Shown one piece after another: positions 62,408-64,000 of a stretch of DNA of 64,000 nt. Every line of letters starts with the position of its first letter. Position 1 is the first letter of the stretch. A model generated the notes under the pieces. The model was not told the DNA's origin, did not search any database, and saw only the letters and a list, made by a program, of their open reading frames with translations. Position numbers and translations under genes: made by a program. The DNA is from a virus: positions 64,001 to 128,000 of the IMG/VR virus record IMGVR_UViG_3300045988_142974. One strand, 5' to 3'.

Positions 62408-63142
62408 ATGAAATATATGGGTTCAAAATCTCGTATAGTTGATAATATTTTACCGATTATTCAAGAAAGATTGCGAGATTATAATATCAAAACATACATA
62501 GAGCCATTTTGCGGCGGCTGTAATGTAATCGACAAAGTTCAATGTGATATAAAAATCGCTTCTGACAATCATAAATATCTTATTGAAATGTTCAAGAATC
62601 TAAATCAGATTCAAAATCTCCCAGAATTTATTACAAAAGAACATTACTCAGATGTAAGAAAGTGTTTTAATAAAGGATTATCCCAATATCCAGATTGGTA
62701 TATTGGTGCAGTTGGCTTTCTTTCAAGCTATAACGGAAGATTCTTTGATGGAGGTTACTCAGGTATCGTATATACAAAAGCTGGAACTGAAAGAAATTAT
62801 TACGATGAAGCTAAGAGAAATTTGTTAGAGCAGATTCCAAGGTTAGAAGATATTCAATTCCAATGTGGAGATTATAAAGAGTTATATTCTGATAAAGTTG
62901 ACTGCTTATTTTATTGCGATATTCCATATAAGGGTACGAAACAGTATGGATCAAGTAAGAATTTTGATTATGACAGATTCTGGAATTGGGCTGAGAAGAT
63001 GAGCGAGAAAAATATTGTCTTAGTCAGTGAGCATGAAGCTCCTTCTGGATGGGAATGTATTTGGCAACAGGAAGTCAAGAGAACGATTGACAATACGAAG
63101 CAAGTTAAAGCAGTAGAAAAGTTATTTGAAATTAGAGAATAA
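62408..63142 (+). CDS. Dam-type (D12 class) N6-adenine DNA methyltransferase (orphan)
   Basis: MKYMGSKSRIVDNILPII, IEPFCGGCNV, FYCDIPY. Confidence 0.8.
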   Translation: MKYMGSKSRIVDNILPIIQERLRDYNIKTYIEPFCGGCNVIDKVQCDIKIASDNHKYLIEMFKNLNQIQNLPEFITKEHYSDVRKCFNKGLSQYPDWYIGAVGFLSSYNGRFFDGGYSGIVYTKAGTERNYYDEAKRNLLEQIPRLEDIQFQCGDYKELYSDKVDCLFYCDIPYKGTKQYGSSKNFDYDRFWNWAEKMSEKNIVLVSEHEAPSGWECIWQQEVKRTIDNTKQVKAVEKLFEIRE

Positions 63143-63161
63143 ATATCTGGGAGGTGACAAT

Positions 63162-63548
63162 TTGAATGAACCAAAGTTTTATGTACAGGAATTAATATCT
63201 ACGGAATATATGGACAAAAGAGTTTTAATCCTATATCCATATGAACTTAGCAATGAGCCGATATTAAAAGACAATATTCCCAAAATGACAAAAGTGATAA
63301 GAGAATATATAAAAGAGTCTGAAATGTATAGAAAGTGTGTAGATACAATTCCAAATCTTATATGGGATTCTCAAAAATTATCTATGCAGAATGAAGCTGA
63401 TGAACATCAAAGAAAAGCTGATGAACTTGCAGAAATAATGAATGAAGGTATCAGTCCTTATGCGTGGTATGTTAAAGGTAGGTTTGATGGAGAGATAGGT
63501 GGATTTCATTACAATGTAGATAATATAGTTTATTTGGATAGAAACTAG
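63162..63548 (+). CDS. hypothetical protein (128 aa, TTG start)
   Basis: Track ORF 63126..63548. The TTG follows GGGAGGTGACAA. Confidence 0.5.
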   Translation: MNEPKFYVQELISTEYMDKRVLILYPYELSNEPILKDNIPKMTKVIREYIKESEMYRKCVDTIPNLIWDSQKLSMQNEADEHQRKADELAEIMNEGISPYAWYVKGRFDGEIGGFHYNVDNIVYLDRN

Positions 63549-63691
63549 CAAGAAATTTTGGTTTCAAGGTTTGTCACGAAAACTATATAATATTCGGGAT
63601 AAAAAAGAGAATATATCAATGTAATTACAATTAAGGAAAGGAAAGACGTTCACATGTGAGTAAAGCTGCGCAGCTACTATGGTGAACAAAT

Positions 63692-64000
63692 TTGAAAAAT
63701 ACATATATTAAATCGCCTCTAAATTATGTCGGAGGCAAGTATAAGTTACTACCAATTATTGTACCAATGTTTCCAGATAAGATAAATACTTTTGTAGATT
63801 TATTTGGTGGAGGTTTTAATGTCGGTATTAATGTAAAAGCTGATCATATTATCTACAATGATATATGTGAGCAGGTAGTTGGTTTTCTAAGATATTTACA
63901 AGGTTCAAATATTGAAGAAGTATTATATAAGATTGATTCATATATTAGTAAGTATGGATTAACGAAAGAAAACAAAGAAGGATATTTACTGTTTAGAAAA
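63692..64000 (+). CDS. Dam-type (D12 class) N6-adenine DNA methyltransferase, partial (3' end beyond window; TTG start, no SD)
   Basis: Own translation MKNTYIKSPLNYVGGKYKLLPIIVPMFPDKINTFVDLFGGGFNVGINVKADHIIYNDI... shows Y.GGK..L and FxGGG motifs. In-frame TGA three codons upstream of the TTG. Confidence 0.7.
   Translation, partial: MKNTYIKSPLNYVGGKYKLLPIIVPMFPDKINTFVDLFGGGFNVGINVKADHIIYNDICEQVVGFLRYLQGSNIEEVLYKIDSYISKYGLTKENKEGYLLFRK

Noticed and set aside
56238-63692. The roughly 48-nt gap between a GGA-containing box and the MTase starts resembles the 50-nt translational bypass (hop) of T4 gene 60.
   Set aside because: No upstream open reading frame runs into the GAAAGGA box, because stops (including the TAA within AGAGAATAA) precede it in all frames checked. 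There is therefore no take-off codon context. Split-RBS or uORF models fit better.
1-64000. Alternative genetic code (stop-codon reassignment), suggested by the in-frame TAA at 24837 and by many non-ATG starts.
   Set aside because: TAA, TAG and TGA each terminate motif-verified genes at expected lengths (TerD genes and ATPase with TAA, integrase with TAG, Sir2 with TGA). ORF lengths look normal under code 11.
1-64000. Searched by eye for CRISPR arrays, rRNA genes, IS or transposase genes and long terminal or inverted repeats.
   Set aside because: No regularly spaced 25-40-nt direct repeats, no rRNA-like conserved stretches, and no DDE or serine transposase motifs were seen in any translation. 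Only the short repeats reported above were found.

Overview
This is an AT-rich segment (roughly one-third G+C by eye) with Firmicutes-style extended Shine-Dalgarno sites (GGAGGTGAT-like). It looks like the early or accessory arm of a large phage or phage-plasmid. I found no capsid, tail, terminase, rRNA, CRISPR, transposase or conjugation genes in the 64 kb.

Layout:
- 1-7423 is a minus-strand block. It holds a partial CDA-fold deaminase, a wHTH/replication-like protein, a ParB-like protein with an upstream 11-mer repeat cluster, and a solitary RelA/SpoT-homologue (RSH) gene sitting in repeat-rich noncoding DNA.
- 7424-9109 is a 1.7 kb ORF-free region. It contains iteron-like repeats and a consensus sigma-70 promoter that fires into an ~800 nt, more G+C-rich, hairpin-dense stretch (candidate large ncRNA or leader).
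- 9110-64000 is an almost uninterrupted plus-strand array of about 120 tightly packed, mostly small acidic or zinc-ribbon ORFs, interspersed with recognisable cargo.

Recognisable cargo in the plus-strand array:
- XRE regulator, MYG1/DHH-family hydrolase, DGQHR ParB/Srx-fold protein, HicA toxin.
- A J-domain protein island, a Bro-N/KilAC antirepressor, and an atypical tRNA-like element.
- A tyrosine integrase, XRE and MazF module.
- A sigma-factor, zinc-ribbon and DUF262 module.
- A P-type Ca2+-ATPase plus three TerD paralogues and a PspA-like protein, in one operon.
- A Tpt1/KptA, Pol-beta nucleotidyltransferase, CCA-adding enzyme and Sir2 cluster, with a TIGR02452-type macro domain nearby.
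- Five orphan DNA methyltransferases (one C5, four N6/N4) with unusual shared leader architecture.

A recurrent AGAGAATA box marks many gene junctions.

All functional calls come from motif recognition by eye in the supplied translations. No database search was possible.
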